Shown: one piece after another, positions 40,172 to 50,412 of the stretch
How the letters are laid out: the number at the start of each line of letters is the position of its first letter
Position numbering within the stretch: position 1 is the first letter of the stretch
Origin: Escherichia phage FP43
Length of the DNA stretch: 64,000 bases
Direction: 5' to 3' (one strand)
Sequence record: MN648445
Program-made: the position numbers and the translations under genes
The notes under the pieces: generated by a model
Told to the model about the DNA's origin: nothing
Database searches by the model: none
What the model saw: only the letters and a program-made list of their open reading frames with translations

Positions 40172-41944
40172 TTAATTAACACCGGTGGCATGGAAAATTC
40201 CAGGAGCCGTTGTACTTGTTACAGGGGTCATATTCTGGACTACGGTATTCTTTTTGACGACATTATTTGTGTTACTAATCGCCGCTACCGGTTGCTGTTG
40301 TTTAGATTCAGAAGCACGTCCTTTCTCTATTGACTGAACTTGTTTTGCTTCCGGAGATTTAGTCGAAGATTCAGGCTTAACTGTTGTCTGAGCCTTTTTG
40401 GCTTCAGCCATTTTATTATTTAGCTTTTCAAATCTAGCATCTATTTCCTTTTTAACAACAGGAGTTTTATTAAGTTCAGGGTCTTTAATAAGTTTACTTA
40501 AATCAGCATAAGACTTCTCGACGTTTTTAGCATTTTCCGGATTAGTCATATCGATTTTATCGATATAATCCTCAAATCTAACCAGTGCAGCACGAGTTTC
40601 ATTCGCTTTTATATACGCCTCTTTACGTTCCTCTTCAGGTAACTCTTTTAATTTTGCTGATTCCGCAGCGCGCTCATCACTTGTACTAAACTCTTCTTTA
40701 TTGTCGTTACCACGAACCCAGTTAGTAACGAATGTTTTGCCGCGTTGTAACATATCAAGACCTTTAGAAACGGTTCCTAATTCCCCGTCGTCACGCTTCA
40801 TTTGATATTTAGCGACTTTCTCTTGGTCTTCTTTCTTTAATTTGTTCCCAGTAGTTTCTTGGAATCCTTCTAAAGCACGTCCTTCTATTTCGTCTGCGGT
40901 ATCACCAAAACCTATAGCACGCAATATAGACGCGGAGAGTTTAGCCATTCCTAATTGAATTAGTTCACCTAAGTTCATTAATGCTGTTCCTACACCTTTG
41001 ACAATAGCAACGGTTAAACCACCCCAGTCTCCGGCTTCCCACAATTGTTTTATCGAGTCAATAGAAGTGAATATATCGCTTAAGAATTTACCCCACTCTT
41101 TAGCTTCATCGGAGAATTTAGTAAAGTTTTCATCAAATAAATCCCAGGCAGAAGTGAACTTGTCAGTCCAATATTTGAAATGGACTATCAATAAATCAAT
41201 ACCGATAACAATACCAAGAATAAGCGCGGCCATTTTTGCTGCTTCAATAGCGGCCGTTATAGTGTATTTGAAAAGCATTCCAGCAATTCTGTCTGAAATT
41301 GATATTGATTTATTAAACCCGGTTTGAACTGTTTTGGTGAGCATTGCGATTTTATCGCTCAATTTAAAGCTAATTCCGCCTTTAGAATCGGAAGTAGAAT
41401 TAGCACTTTCTTGAACCGGGGTTGGGAAGAAATCTTCGTCTGGCTTATTATCAATCTTTTCAGGTGTAGGTAATGCTTTAAACAACTCATCAGAAGTTTC
41501 ATTCTCAACCACTTTAACAGGTATTGCGTTCTCAATTACTTCAAGAGAGGTGCCTCCTGTATTTTGAATAGCGGTAGATGCTTGTAATTTTTGCTCTAAC
41601 AATGTAGCTAATCGGTCTAACTTAGAGCTTATTGCACTAGAAACTTCGTTTATACTTTTAGTGACTTCAGTTTGTTTTTCAATAACTTCTGCGATAAGCT
41701 CTGTGCCTTCAGCAGTATTATCTGTCGAATTCTTTAAGTCTCCAATTGATTCAATAATTCCATTGCCTTTATCTTCTACACTTTGTGATGTGAGTTCAGA
41801 CGCGGCTTGGACATCGTCTAGTTTTGATGAAATGTCATTCAATGCTTCTAATGAATCGGTAGCTGCTGTTGCAGCTACTTTTTGTGGTTTATTATCGGCA
41901 ATGACCTTATTTCTACGCATGGATTTCATTTCTTCAGGTTTCAT
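40172..41944 (-). CDS. 29: gp29 baseplate hub / tail length determinator
   Basis: 590 aa as in T4; coiled-coil rich. Confidence 0.85.
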   Translation of the reverse strand: MKPEEMKSMRRNKVIADNKPQKVAATAATDSLEALNDISSKLDDVQAASELTSQSVEDKGNGIIESIGDLKNSTDNTAEGTELIAEVIEKQTEVTKSINEVSSAISSKLDRLATLLEQKLQASTAIQNTGGTSLEVIENAIPVKVVENETSDELFKALPTPEKIDNKPDEDFFPTPVQESANSTSDSKGGISFKLSDKIAMLTKTVQTGFNKSISISDRIAGMLFKYTITAAIEAAKMAALILGIVIGIDLLIVHFKYWTDKFTSAWDLFDENFTKFSDEAKEWGKFLSDIFTSIDSIKQLWEAGDWGGLTVAIVKGVGTALMNLGELIQLGMAKLSASILRAIGFGDTADEIEGRALEGFQETTGNKLKKEDQEKVAKYQMKRDDGELGTVSKGLDMLQRGKTFVTNWVRGNDNKEEFSTSDERAAESAKLKELPEEERKEAYIKANETRAALVRFEDYIDKIDMTNPENAKNVEKSYADLSKLIKDPELNKTPVVKKEIDARFEKLNNKMAEAKKAQTTVKPESSTKSPEAKQVQSIEKGRASESKQQQPVAAISNTNNVVKKNTVVQNMTPVTSTTAPGIFHATGVN

Positions 41945-42474
41945 TCAAGCAATCCAATAATTTCTGCTATACCCTTAATAGGGCCATTAGGGCCTGGAAT
42001 AGCAATGGTTGTCGAAAGGTCTTCTGCCCATTTGATTACAAAAGCAGGCATCTCAAGGAAAGAAATTTCTTTCTCTTCGTCATTAACTTTTATTAAGCAA
42101 TTTGATAGCATTTCACTGATTGTAGCGAATTGTTCAAATTTGCCTGGGGGTCTAAAATAAAAAGTATTACCTTGAAATTGGAATTCTGTTCGTTGGCATA
42201 CATAGACGTCATCTAGTTTATAAGTGAATCCATCTTTTTCAACTTCAGACTTAAGTTTGTTATTAAATTCCAATATGTGTAGACATGCAAAATCAAAATC
42301 TGCCGGACTCATATTTTTACAAATAGAATCAGCTAAGATTTTCATGTTTTCGTCAGGACCTTTAACGTCCTTTAAAAGATTATAATGTTTGAGCCCCAAT
42401 TTGGGAATCATTACCTTTTTATTAGACTGTGGTAGAATTATTTTCTTTAGAGGTAGAATCAGATTTAAGTTCAT
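41941..42474 (-). CDS. 28: gp28 baseplate hub distal subunit
   Basis: 177 aa as in T4. Confidence 0.85.
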   Translation of the reverse strand: MNLNLILPLKKIILPQSNKKVMIPKLGLKHYNLLKDVKGPDENMKILADSICKNMSPADFDFACLHILEFNNKLKSEVEKDGFTYKLDDVYVCQRTEFQFQGNTFYFRPPGKFEQFATISEMLSNCLIKVNDEEKEISFLEMPAFVIKWAEDLSTTIAIPGPNGPIKGIAEIIGLLE

Positions 42475-43594
42475 TTTTAACCTTAACTGGGTTAACAGGT
42501 TCTAACACCATTGAGTTGGTAAACATGTACAGATGAGTTTGTGAGTTGTTATTTGATAACTCATGAATAACTTCATCCACGTAAAATTCGGATTTGAATT
42601 GGTTCTTTTGGTCAACAAATATAATTTTAGTAGCAGGCGTTATGTTAAAATTGCCTGTAGTAGTGCATTTAGCATAACCGTCGTATTGAGCCATTGTCTG
42701 AAGACGACTTGCTTCTTCAAATCCATTACGATAGGTCATTTCAGAATATCCACCAGATCTTGACACAAGAATAGCATTATCACCATCACCTGTAACAATA
42801 ACCGGAATAGATGTATCTAAAAATGAATGGGCGAATATTGTGGCGTTTTTAATAGGGTCTCTTGTAAATTGGTTGGCTTTAGTCATCCAGGTGAAATCCC
42901 ATACTAATGGATACTCAAGCTCTTGAATATACTGACCTACGGTATTTGGCTCACCTACAATCATCTTAATGCCTTCCTGACCAATAAGAGTATCATAGTC
43001 AATCATGTTTACGCCTAAAATATCTTGCCATACGAATACGAACTTATCACTCGCTGTAGCAAGTCCTAATTCTCTGACATATGCCAAATAATCATCAAAT
43101 GTGCTTGTCCAAGGAATATCAGGAACATAAGCATTAATAGTGTTTATTGGCGGAGTAATTAACGTACGGTCTTTGTATATGACACCTAGCATTTCACGTA
43201 TAGATTCGCCTGCGTCTGGGAAGAATGGTCGCCCAAATTTAAGGTTCTCTATAGAATGTATTGTTCCAAGCTCAATTGCAATAATATTGTCACCTTTTGA
43301 GTCCACAGACACAGAATAATGTCTACATCCGTAAATTCGAGTTCTAACTTGGAGAGGTGTGTTTGAATTTGAAACAGAGATTTGGACTATCTGTCTACCA
43401 TCCATTTTAGTGTGGATGTTTTTAGTGTCATAAAATTGAAGAATCCCTTCATTTCTTCCATATAGTGAATCTCGCATGGTTAAAGTTGTTATTGTTGCTG
43501 CGAGTTCAACGTATCTATTTTCTTGCCAAGCCGAATAATCTTGGTATAATTTAACGCTTAAGTTAGGATATCCTGGACGTTGGAATACTGTCAT
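42422..43594 (-). CDS. 27: gp27 baseplate hub subunit
   Basis: 390 aa (T4 391). Confidence 0.85.
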   Translation of the reverse strand: MTVFQRPGYPNLSVKLYQDYSAWQENRYVELAATITTLTMRDSLYGRNEGILQFYDTKNIHTKMDGRQIVQISVSNSNTPLQVRTRIYGCRHYSVSVDSKGDNIIAIELGTIHSIENLKFGRPFFPDAGESIREMLGVIYKDRTLITPPINTINAYVPDIPWTSTFDDYLAYVRELGLATASDKFVFVWQDILGVNMIDYDTLIGQEGIKMIVGEPNTVGQYIQELEYPLVWDFTWMTKANQFTRDPIKNATIFAHSFLDTSIPVIVTGDGDNAILVSRSGGYSEMTYRNGFEEASRLQTMAQYDGYAKCTTTGNFNITPATKIIFVDQKNQFKSEFYVDEVIHELSNNNSQTHLYMFTNSMVLEPVNPVKVKNELKSDSTSKENNSTTV

Positions 43595-44343
43595 TTTTTA
43601 TGGTCCTTTTCTACTAATGTTAAAGCAATACCACGTTCAACAGGAATCATTTGCATAATAGAATCCAATGTGTATTGACTCTTTACTAGTGAATGGTTTA
43701 TCTGATAGAATGTAAAAATCTCATCAGGGTTAACTAACAATTTAAAAACCTCTAAGATATCAGTATATGTTTTAACATGGCGTTCACAACAACCTAATCT
43801 AAGGGTCAAATTAATAGGGTTCATAGAAGCAATAACCTTCTCGAGAGAGTCAATGTCTATTGCTTCTATTACTTGGATTTGGTTCTCTTCAGTCAAATCA
43901 TTCCATGGGTACCATTCATCATTATAATATATTTCTTTTATGTTTTCACTTATCATTAATGCTTTATTGTCATAAAACTTTTCAGGGAAAGAAAAACGTA
44001 TTTTTATACCAGCAACATCAAGTTCAGGTTCGACTAGTTCTTTTTGATATATCTCAAATGGTGCAGTTTTTTCTTTAGAGCATTTAGGGCAAGTGAAAAT
44101 AACGGGAACTTTTGTTTTGCCTATAGATCCTGCAAAAACTTGCAGGAATATAAATGGTTGCCATGTTTTAGGGTACTCGCCAAAATAATCATCAATCAGA
44201 TCGGCAATTATTTCTTTTTGTTCTTGCGGCGAACGATGTTCGATATCATTTCTAACTAGTAAAAAGTCTCTATAATCCGCCACAGTGAACGGCTTAAAAC
44301 GATGAACACCATCCGGTAATTTACAACGAATTATATTAGCCAT
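43591..44343 (-). CDS. 51: gp51 baseplate hub assembly catalyst
   Basis: 250 aa (T4 249); CPKC...C..C Cys cluster. Confidence 0.8.
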   Translation of the reverse strand: MANIIRCKLPDGVHRFKPFTVADYRDFLLVRNDIEHRSPQEQKEIIADLIDDYFGEYPKTWQPFIFLQVFAGSIGKTKVPVIFTCPKCSKEKTAPFEIYQKELVEPELDVAGIKIRFSFPEKFYDNKALMISENIKEIYYNDEWYPWNDLTEENQIQVIEAIDIDSLEKVIASMNPINLTLRLGCCERHVKTYTDILEVFKLLVNPDEIFTFYQINHSLVKSQYTLDSIMQMIPVERGIALTLVEKDHKK

Positions 44344-44360
44344 AATTACTCCTTTTCTAT

Positions 44361-44368
44361 TATTTATA
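44361..44368 (-). promoter_or_regulatory. late promoter for gene 51
   Basis: Minus-strand TATAAATA inside the palindrome TATTTATAAATA. Confidence 0.55.
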
Positions 44369-44372
44369 AATA
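44365..44372 (+). promoter_or_regulatory. late promoter for gene 26
   Basis: Plus-strand TATAAATA inside the same palindrome, 19 nt upstream of the gene 26 ATG. Confidence 0.6.
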
Positions 44373-44390
44373 CACAATAAAGGAGTTAAC

Positions 44391-45017
44391 ATGTACAAAT
44401 ATACGTTTACCGTACGTTTAGGTGATAAAGAAGTGAATTGTAGGGCCTTTACTTTAAAAGAATATTTAGGGCTCATAGGTGCTCGGGCTACTGGTACTAT
44501 TGAATCAGCAGTGAACAATATTATCACTAATTGCTCTAACGCTAAAAACTTGACTAAACAAGAAGCCGAGTTATTGTTGGTAAATCTGTGGGCACATTCA
44601 TTAGGTGAAGTGAATCAAGAACACACCTGGAATTGTTCCTGTGGGCATTCATTTCAAGTCTATATGAATTTATTGCACACTCAATTAGATGAACAGGCCG
44701 ATCCCTGGTATTCGTTCAGCGGTATTAAAATTAAGTTCCGTCAACCTAAATTATTTGATGATAAAAATATCGCATTAATGATTGCTTCATGTATTGAGGC
44801 CGTTTTTGTCAATGGAGAGTCCATCCCTGTTGAAGATTTAACTGAAGCAGAAATAAACGACCTTTATGGCCTTATAACGGAAGATGACATGATCAATATT
44901 AAAAATCTTTTAGTATCACCATCAATTTATCTAGCAACCCCTATTAAATGTCCCAAATGTGGGGCGTCACACGTTCACACAATACGAGGCCTCAAAGAAT
45001 TCTTTGAGTTACTATAA
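44391..45017 (+). CDS. 26: gp26 baseplate hub subunit
   Basis: 208 aa as in T4; divergent from 51. Confidence 0.8.
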   Translation: MYKYTFTVRLGDKEVNCRAFTLKEYLGLIGARATGTIESAVNNIITNCSNAKNLTKQEAELLLVNLWAHSLGEVNQEHTWNCSCGHSFQVYMNLLHTQLDEQADPWYSFSGIKIKFRQPKLFDDKNIALMIASCIEAVFVNGESIPVEDLTEAEINDLYGLITEDDMINIKNLLVSPSIYLATPIKCPKCGASHVHTIRGLKEFFELL

Positions 45018-45415
45018 TGTCTAATATCAATAAACTTTATTCAGATATCGACCCAGAAATGCGTATGGATTGGAACAAGGACGTTGCTCGTTCTGTAGGA
45101 CTTCGTTCTATTAAAAATAGTCTTCTTGGCATAGTGACAACTAGAAAAGGCTCACGCCCCTTCGACCCTGAATTTGGATGCGATTTGGTTGATGAACTTT
45201 TCGAGAACATGACACCACTTACAGCCGATACTATTGAGCGTAATATCCAGGCAGCTGTTCGTAACTATGAGCCACGCATCGACAAACTTTCTGTAAGTGT
45301 AACGCCAGTATATGATGACTATACAGTTATAGTAGAGATTAGATTTTCAGTCGTAGACAACCCTGATGATATCGAACAAATCAAACTTCAGTTAGCATCA
45401 AGCAATAGAGTGTAA
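45017..45415 (+). CDS. 25: gp25 baseplate wedge subunit
   Basis: 132 aa; near-identical to T4 gp25 as recalled. Confidence 0.9.
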   Translation: MSNINKLYSDIDPEMRMDWNKDVARSVGLRSIKNSLLGIVTTRKGSRPFDPEFGCDLVDELFENMTPLTADTIERNIQAAVRNYEPRIDKLSVSVTPVYDDYTVIVEIRFSVVDNPDDIEQIKLQLASSNRV

Positions 45416-45440
45416 TGCTTCAAGGCAACCTATGTATAAT
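45416..45440 (+). promoter_or_regulatory. middle promoter upstream of uvsY
   Basis: TGCTTCA 45416-45422, 12-nt gap, TATAAT 45435-45440. Confidence 0.6.
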
Positions 45441-45495
45441 GGTTTTAGGTCCTTCCGATACAGCCGGGAGATTATTAGTTAAAAGAGAGAACATT

Positions 45496-45909
45496 ATGAA
45501 GCTGGAAGATTTACAGGAAGAGTTAGACGCAGACTTAGCTATTGATACGACAAAGTTGCAATATGAGACGGCGAATAATGTTAAGTTATACAGCAAATGG
45601 CTACGTAAGCACTCATTTATTCGTAAAGAAATGTTGCGTATAGAGACTCAGAAGAAAACTGCTCTAAAAGCAAGATTAGACTACTACTCGGGACGAGGTG
45701 ATGGTGATGAATTCAGTATGGACCGATACGAAAAATCTGAAATGAAAACTGTCCTGGCCGCAGATAAAGATGTGCTTAAAATAGAGACTACTTTACAATA
45801 CTGGGGAATTTTACTTGAGTTCTGTAGTGGTGCACTTGACGCAGTTAAGTCTCGTAGTTTTGCACTTAAACATATCCAGGATATGCGAGAATTTGAAGCG
45901 GGGCAATAA
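45496..45909 (+). CDS. uvsY: UvsY recombination mediator
   Basis: 137 aa from ATG 45496 (MKLEDLQEEL...); the track start 45415 is further upstream. Confidence 0.9.
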   Translation: MKLEDLQEELDADLAIDTTKLQYETANNVKLYSKWLRKHSFIRKEMLRIETQKKTALKARLDYYSGRGDGDEFSMDRYEKSEMKTVLAADKDVLKIETTLQYWGILLEFCSGALDAVKSRSFALKHIQDMREFEAGQ

Positions 45910-46133
45910 TGCGTTATTCAATTGAAGATGCCTTTAATAATGATGAAGAATTTGAAACAGAAATTAAATTCTTAATGGAAAAGTATCGTCTACGACGTCA
46001 GGATATTCGTATCCTGGCAGACCACCCTTGTGGTGAAGACGTCCTTTATATTAAAGGGAAGTTTGCTGGGTATATCGACGAGTATTTTTATACAAAAGAT
46101 ATGGGTATCGATATGTGCATGCGAGTGGTATAA
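45909..46133 (+). CDS. hypothetical protein (74 aa)
   Basis: ATG overlapping the uvsY stop. Confidence 0.45.
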   Translation: MRYSIEDAFNNDEEFETEIKFLMEKYRLRRQDIRILADHPCGEDVLYIKGKFAGYIDEYFYTKDMGIDMCMRVV

Positions 46134-46165
46134 ATAGATATGTAATTTCAACTTAGGAGGCAATC

Positions 46166-46333
46166 ATGTCAGATAAGATTTGTGTTGTCTGTAAAACTCC
46201 AATCGATTCTGCATTGGTTGTTGAAACAGACAAAGGTCCAGCACATCCTGGTCCTTGTTATAATTATGTCCAACAATTGCCGGTTTCAGAAAGTTCAGAA
46301 GAGCAATTGAACGAAACCCAACTTTTACTATAG
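46166..46333 (+). CDS. small Cys-containing protein (55 aa)
   Basis: Strong SD AGGAGG 8 nt upstream of ATG 46166; CVVC...C; the antisense track ORF 46164..46370 has no comparable signal. Confidence 0.4.
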   Translation: MSDKICVVCKTPIDSALVVETDKGPAHPGPCYNYVQQLPVSESSEEQLNETQLLL

Positions 46334-46359
46334 TGTTACCTTTTTTGCCTATGGTTTTT

Positions 46360-46388
46360 GGCCCTTCCAAAAAGGTCGGGCCTTTTTT
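46360..46388. terminator. convergent terminator between the small + ORF and uvsW.1
   Basis: GGCCC...GGGCC stem flanked by T-runs on both sides. Confidence 0.45.
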
Positions 46389-46390
46389 AA

Positions 46391-46624
46391 TTAGAAGTCT
46401 TCTTCCTCATCCTCATCATCGTCGCCTTCAAGTTCGGCACGCTTACCTGCTAAGGCATCCCTGACAGAAATATCATCTGTATCTTTTAATTCCGTTTCTT
46501 TTATACGTTTCTTATAATAAGCTTCCAATTCTTCAAGCCCTTCTAAGGTATGACAACTAGCAATTTTACCCATGAATTCGTCAATAGATGCTTCGTATAA
46601 AAATTGTTTAAATTCAAGTACCAT
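46391..46624 (-). CDS. uvsW.1: UvsW.1 small acidic protein
   Basis: 77 aa, acidic C-terminus; directly downstream of uvsW. Confidence 0.7.
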   Translation of the reverse strand: MVLEFKQFLYEASIDEFMGKIASCHTLEGLEELEAYYKKRIKETELKDTDDISVRDALAGKRAELEGDDDEDEEEDF

Positions 46625-46636
46625 TTTTATCTCCTA

Positions 46637-46650
46637 AGGGCCGAAGCCCT
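46637..46650 (-). terminator. hairpin between uvsW and uvsW.1
   Basis: AGGGC-CGAA-GCCCT; no U-tract; may be an RNA structure rather than a terminator. Confidence 0.3.
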
Positions 46651-48164
46651 TATAAATTAATTGTTTTCATTACATAGTTAAATTTCTCATCAGCGTAACG
46701 CTGGATACGATCAATACCGTGTTTTAACAAGTAATTAAGATGAGTATACTTCTTTTTAGTATTTAATGATTTAGGTTTTACACCTGCGTCATCGATGAGA
46801 TCCCAAACTGTAGCAACGGCTTTAGAACCATGCTTACGAAGCACACGACCTACTGTTTGAAGTACGATAATTTTTGATTTAACACCATGGGCAAAAATAA
46901 CATGATGAAGATTCTTGACTGAAATACCAGTAGAGAATACTCCATATGATGCGACAATAATAATGCCTTTACCATTTTCTGCCATGACTTTAAGCGCGTT
47001 ACGTGTTTCGGTATCAACTTCACCTGATACGTAATAAACTTTTTCGTATCCAAGCTCTTTAATAGCTTCAAATATTTCTTTACCATGTGTAACATGTTTA
47101 AACATTACAAAGGCGTTCTCGTCTTTCTTAGCCAATTTGACTGAAAGTTGAGCAATCCACTTTGTACGACGTTTTAGTCCGGTAATAATTTTAACTTCTT
47201 CTTGGTATGTTTTACCTTTTAATTTAACAGTGAATTCGTCCGGATAACGAAGGAAAATACTATTAATCTTAAGCTCAGTTACTTGACCGTCTTCCGTTAA
47301 TTTAGACGTGCTAACAGGACGGAAGATTTCGCCGAACATACCTACGTACTGCATTACATTGGCTTTTCCGTCTCTTAATGAGCCGGATAAACCGAATTTA
47401 AACATGCAATTATTTAATCCTGAGATGATTGAAGAAATACTTTTGCCTGTTGCTAAGTGGCATTCATCGTTCATCATCATACCGAACTGAGAGAACCATT
47501 CTTTAGGCTGCTTAACTACCGTTTGCCATGTGCCAACAATAATTAGAGCGTCGTTTTTAGATTTGTCAGCTTTATCAGCACCACCACCAATTTTCTTAAT
47601 CATCGAATGACTAAACAAGCGATAATCAACAAAATCATTAGCCATCTGGGTTGTCAATGCTGTTGTAGGGACGATAATGAGAATTTTACCTTCATAGTTC
47701 TCTAAATAATACCGAGCTAAAAGTGCTTGGATTAGTGATTTACCTGCTGATGTCGGAAGGTTTAAAATTCGACGACGATTAACTAGACCTTCATATACTG
47801 CATCTTTTTGATACCAATGTGGTTCGATTTTGGCGTTGCCTGAATAAATTTCTTGTTTAGAAAGCCATGCGTCAAAATCTTCCCTGGTAAGGTCTTCAGT
47901 CTCAAAGATTTTAGGGTCAATCCATACAGAATAACTCATATTGTTACAGAACTTTTTTATTTGTCCTACAAGTCCATACGGTAACAAACGATTGTAATCT
48001 AAAAGTCGAATTCTACCATCCCATTGCCCATAGCGATATTTTGGGTTAAATTTATACCCGTCAGCTTCAAAGCTAAAAAAGTCACGAAGTTCGTAAAACG
48101 TACTTTCGTCGCATTCAATGCGAACGTGACTAAAATCATGAAAATGTACTTTAATGTCAGTCAT
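46650..48164 (-). CDS. uvsW: UvsW DNA helicase
   Basis: 504 aa; SF2 helicase motifs (PTSAGKS, DECH). Confidence 0.9.
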   Translation of the reverse strand: MTDIKVHFHDFSHVRIECDESTFYELRDFFSFEADGYKFNPKYRYGQWDGRIRLLDYNRLLPYGLVGQIKKFCNNMSYSVWIDPKIFETEDLTREDFDAWLSKQEIYSGNAKIEPHWYQKDAVYEGLVNRRRILNLPTSAGKSLIQALLARYYLENYEGKILIIVPTTALTTQMANDFVDYRLFSHSMIKKIGGGADKADKSKNDALIIVGTWQTVVKQPKEWFSQFGMMMNDECHLATGKSISSIISGLNNCMFKFGLSGSLRDGKANVMQYVGMFGEIFRPVSTSKLTEDGQVTELKINSIFLRYPDEFTVKLKGKTYQEEVKIITGLKRRTKWIAQLSVKLAKKDENAFVMFKHVTHGKEIFEAIKELGYEKVYYVSGEVDTETRNALKVMAENGKGIIIVASYGVFSTGISVKNLHHVIFAHGVKSKIIVLQTVGRVLRKHGSKAVATVWDLIDDAGVKPKSLNTKKKYTHLNYLLKHGIDRIQRYADEKFNYVMKTINL

Positions 48165-48193
48165 GTCAAATTACCATGTAATAAATATAGTTA

Positions 48194-48201
48194 TATTTAT
48201 A
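48194..48201 (-). promoter_or_regulatory. late promoter for uvsW
   Basis: Minus-strand TATAAATA about 30 nt upstream of the uvsW ATG. Confidence 0.55.
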
Positions 48202-48214
48202 ATGAGGAAATACT

Positions 48215-48883
48215 ATGATCGATAAAGACTATATTGAAGAGTTACGTGCTCTTTCTGATAAAAAGGAAGCCAAAGCTAAACTGTTTGAATATGCGGAACA
48301 ATTTGGCATTAGTGTTAAGAAAACAAAATCATTCGATAATATTGTTATTGATATCGAAGAAGCTCTTAACGCACTGGCTGATGAACCATTACCTGAAACT
48401 GATGGATTATCTATCACCGATTTAATTACTGCAGCAGATGATGTGGACGGTGTTAATTTCACCAACGAAGAGGTTAAAGAAGAAGCTATTCTGTTGTTTG
48501 ATTCTCCAACAGAACAAGTTGAAGTATTAGAAGTTGTCGAACAAGAAAAAGAATTCGACCATGATAAATTCGAAGAAGCAATTACTCAGGTTGTTGAATC
48601 TGAAAAAGAGCCTGAGTCAGAGGTAAATAAAGAAGTAAAATTTGTTCTGCCTGAAAATTTTAGTCCTACACTCATTAAATTAGGCAAAGGCCCAGGGTAT
48701 GTTACTGTTCCTTGGTGGATTTATCAATGGATAGCCGAAACCCCAGATTGGAAATCTCGCCCAACTAGTTTTGTACACGCTTCTGCTCACCAAACATTAT
48801 TTAGCTTAATTTATTATATTAATCGCGATGGATCAGTTCTAATTCGTGAAACTCGTAATTCTTCTTTCGTAACATTAAAATAA
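48215..48883 (+). CDS. inh: Inh-like inhibitor of prohead protease
   Basis: 222 aa (T4 about 226); position between uvsW and hoc. Confidence 0.6.
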   Translation: MIDKDYIEELRALSDKKEAKAKLFEYAEQFGISVKKTKSFDNIVIDIEEALNALADEPLPETDGLSITDLITAADDVDGVNFTNEEVKEEAILLFDSPTEQVEVLEVVEQEKEFDHDKFEEAITQVVESEKEPESEVNKEVKFVLPENFSPTLIKLGKGPGYVTVPWWIYQWIAETPDWKSRPTSFVHASAHQTLFSLIYYINRDGSVLIRETRNSSFVTLK

Positions 48884-48892
48884 GGATAACTT

Positions 48893-50311
48893 ATGGCTTT
48901 TACAGTTAATATAAATCCTAAAACACCTACTGGAGTTATAGGACAGACCCAGCAGTTTACTGCCACACCTAGTGGTCAGGCTGAAGGTGGAACTATTACA
49001 TATGCTTGGACTTTGGATGGTGTTCCGCAAGATGGAGCTGAAGCAACTTTTAGTTATGTACTAAAAGGACCTGCCGGTCAAAAGACTATTAAAGTAGTTG
49101 CAACAAATACAGTTCCAGAAGCTGAAGCTGAAACAGCAGAAACTACTGCAACTATCACAGTTAAAAATAAAACTCAGACAACTACTCTGGCTATAACTCC
49201 TGATAGCCCTGCTGCTGGAGTAATCGGAACAGCTGTTAAATTTACTGCGGCTTTAGCTTCTCAACCGTCAGGCGCATCTGCTACGTATCAATGGCACGTT
49301 GACGGTTCTCCTGTGAGCGAAGCAACTTCTGCTACATTCAATTACACTCCTACCACAAGCGGAGTTAAAAAAATTAAATGTGTAGCCCAAGTGACGGCAA
49401 CAGACTATGACACAAAAGAAGTTACTTCTAATGAAGTATCACTGACTGTTAATAAAAAGACACAGACAACTACCTTGGCAGTAACTCCTGATAGTCCTTC
49501 AGCTGGAGTAATTGGAACCCCAGTTCAATTTACTGCTGCCTTAGCTTCTCAACCGGCTGGAGCGTCTGCTACGTATCAGTGGTATGTAGATGATTCACAA
49601 GTTGGTGGAGAAACTAACTCTACATTTAATTATACTCCAACTACAAGTGGAGTAAAAAGAATTAAATGCGTAGCCCAAGTAACTGCTGAAAATTACAATG
49701 AAAAGGAAGTTACTTCTAATGAAGTATCATTAACGGTTAATAAGAAGTCAATGAATCCACAGGTTACATTGACTCCTCCTTCTATTAACGTTCAGCAAGA
49801 TGCTTCAGCTACATTTACCGCTAATGTCACTGATGCTCCAGAAGAAGCGCAAATTGAATATTCATGGAAGAAAGATTCTTCTCCTGTAGAAGGGTCAACT
49901 AATGTATATACCGTTGATACTTCATCTGTTGGAAGTCAAACTATTGAAGTGACTGCCATCGTTACTGCAGATGACTATGATAGCAAAACTATTACAGCAG
50001 AAGGTCAAGTTCAAGTGACTGATAAAGTTGCTCCGGAACCAGAAGGTGAATTACCTTATGTTCATCCTCTTCCACATCGTACTTCAGCTTACATCTGGTG
50101 CGGTTGGTGGGTTATGGATGAAATCCAAAAAATGACTGAAGAAGGTAAAGATTGGAAAATTGACGATCCAGATAGTAAATACTACCTGCATCGTTATACG
50201 CTTCAGAAGATGATGAAAGACTATCCGGAAGTTGATGTTCAAGAATCACGTAATGGATACGTCATCAATAAAACTGCTTTAGAAACTGGTATCATCTATA
50301 CATATCCATAA
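48893..50311 (+). CDS. hoc: Hoc outer capsid protein with four Ig-like domains
   Basis: 472 aa; four ~95-aa Ig-like repeats plus a C-terminal domain. Confidence 0.8.
   Translation: MAFTVNINPKTPTGVIGQTQQFTATPSGQAEGGTITYAWTLDGVPQDGAEATFSYVLKGPAGQKTIKVVATNTVPEAEAETAETTATITVKNKTQTTTLAITPDSPAAGVIGTAVKFTAALASQPSGASATYQWHVDGSPVSEATSATFNYTPTTSGVKKIKCVAQVTATDYDTKEVTSNEVSLTVNKKTQTTTLAVTPDSPSAGVIGTPVQFTAALASQPAGASATYQWYVDDSQVGGETNSTFNYTPTTSGVKRIKCVAQVTAENYNEKEVTSNEVSLTVNKKSMNPQVTLTPPSINVQQDASATFTANVTDAPEEAQIEYSWKKDSSPVEGSTNVYTVDTSSVGSQTIEVTAIVTADDYDSKTITAEGQVQVTDKVAPEPEGELPYVHPLPHRTSAYIWCGWWVMDEIQKMTEEGKDWKIDDPDSKYYLHRYTLQKMMKDYPEVDVQESRNGYVINKTALETGIIYTYP
49163..49738 (+). repeat. tandem duplication of ~288 bp within hoc (two adjacent Ig-like domain units)
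   Basis: Units about 49163-49450 and 49451-49738 align over long stretches (roughly 80 percent identity by eye); the encoded 96-aa domains are near-identical. Confidence 0.7.
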
Positions 50312-50317
50312 TCGTAA

Positions 50318-50340
50318 GGGGCTTCGGCCCCTTTCTTCGT
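50318..50340 (+). terminator. rho-independent terminator after hoc
   Basis: GGGGC-TTCG-GCCCC + TTTCTTCGTTTTT. Confidence 0.75.
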
Positions 50341-50412
50341 TTTTAAAGCATACAAAACACAACTTGAGATTGATGTATATAATGGCACAAACCAAATAAT
50401 ACGGGATCGATT

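Noticed and set aside
46164-46370. 68-aa minus-strand track ORF
   Set aside because: The plus-strand 55-aa frame has a canonical AGGAGG RBS; the minus ORF has no start signals and runs through the terminator region.
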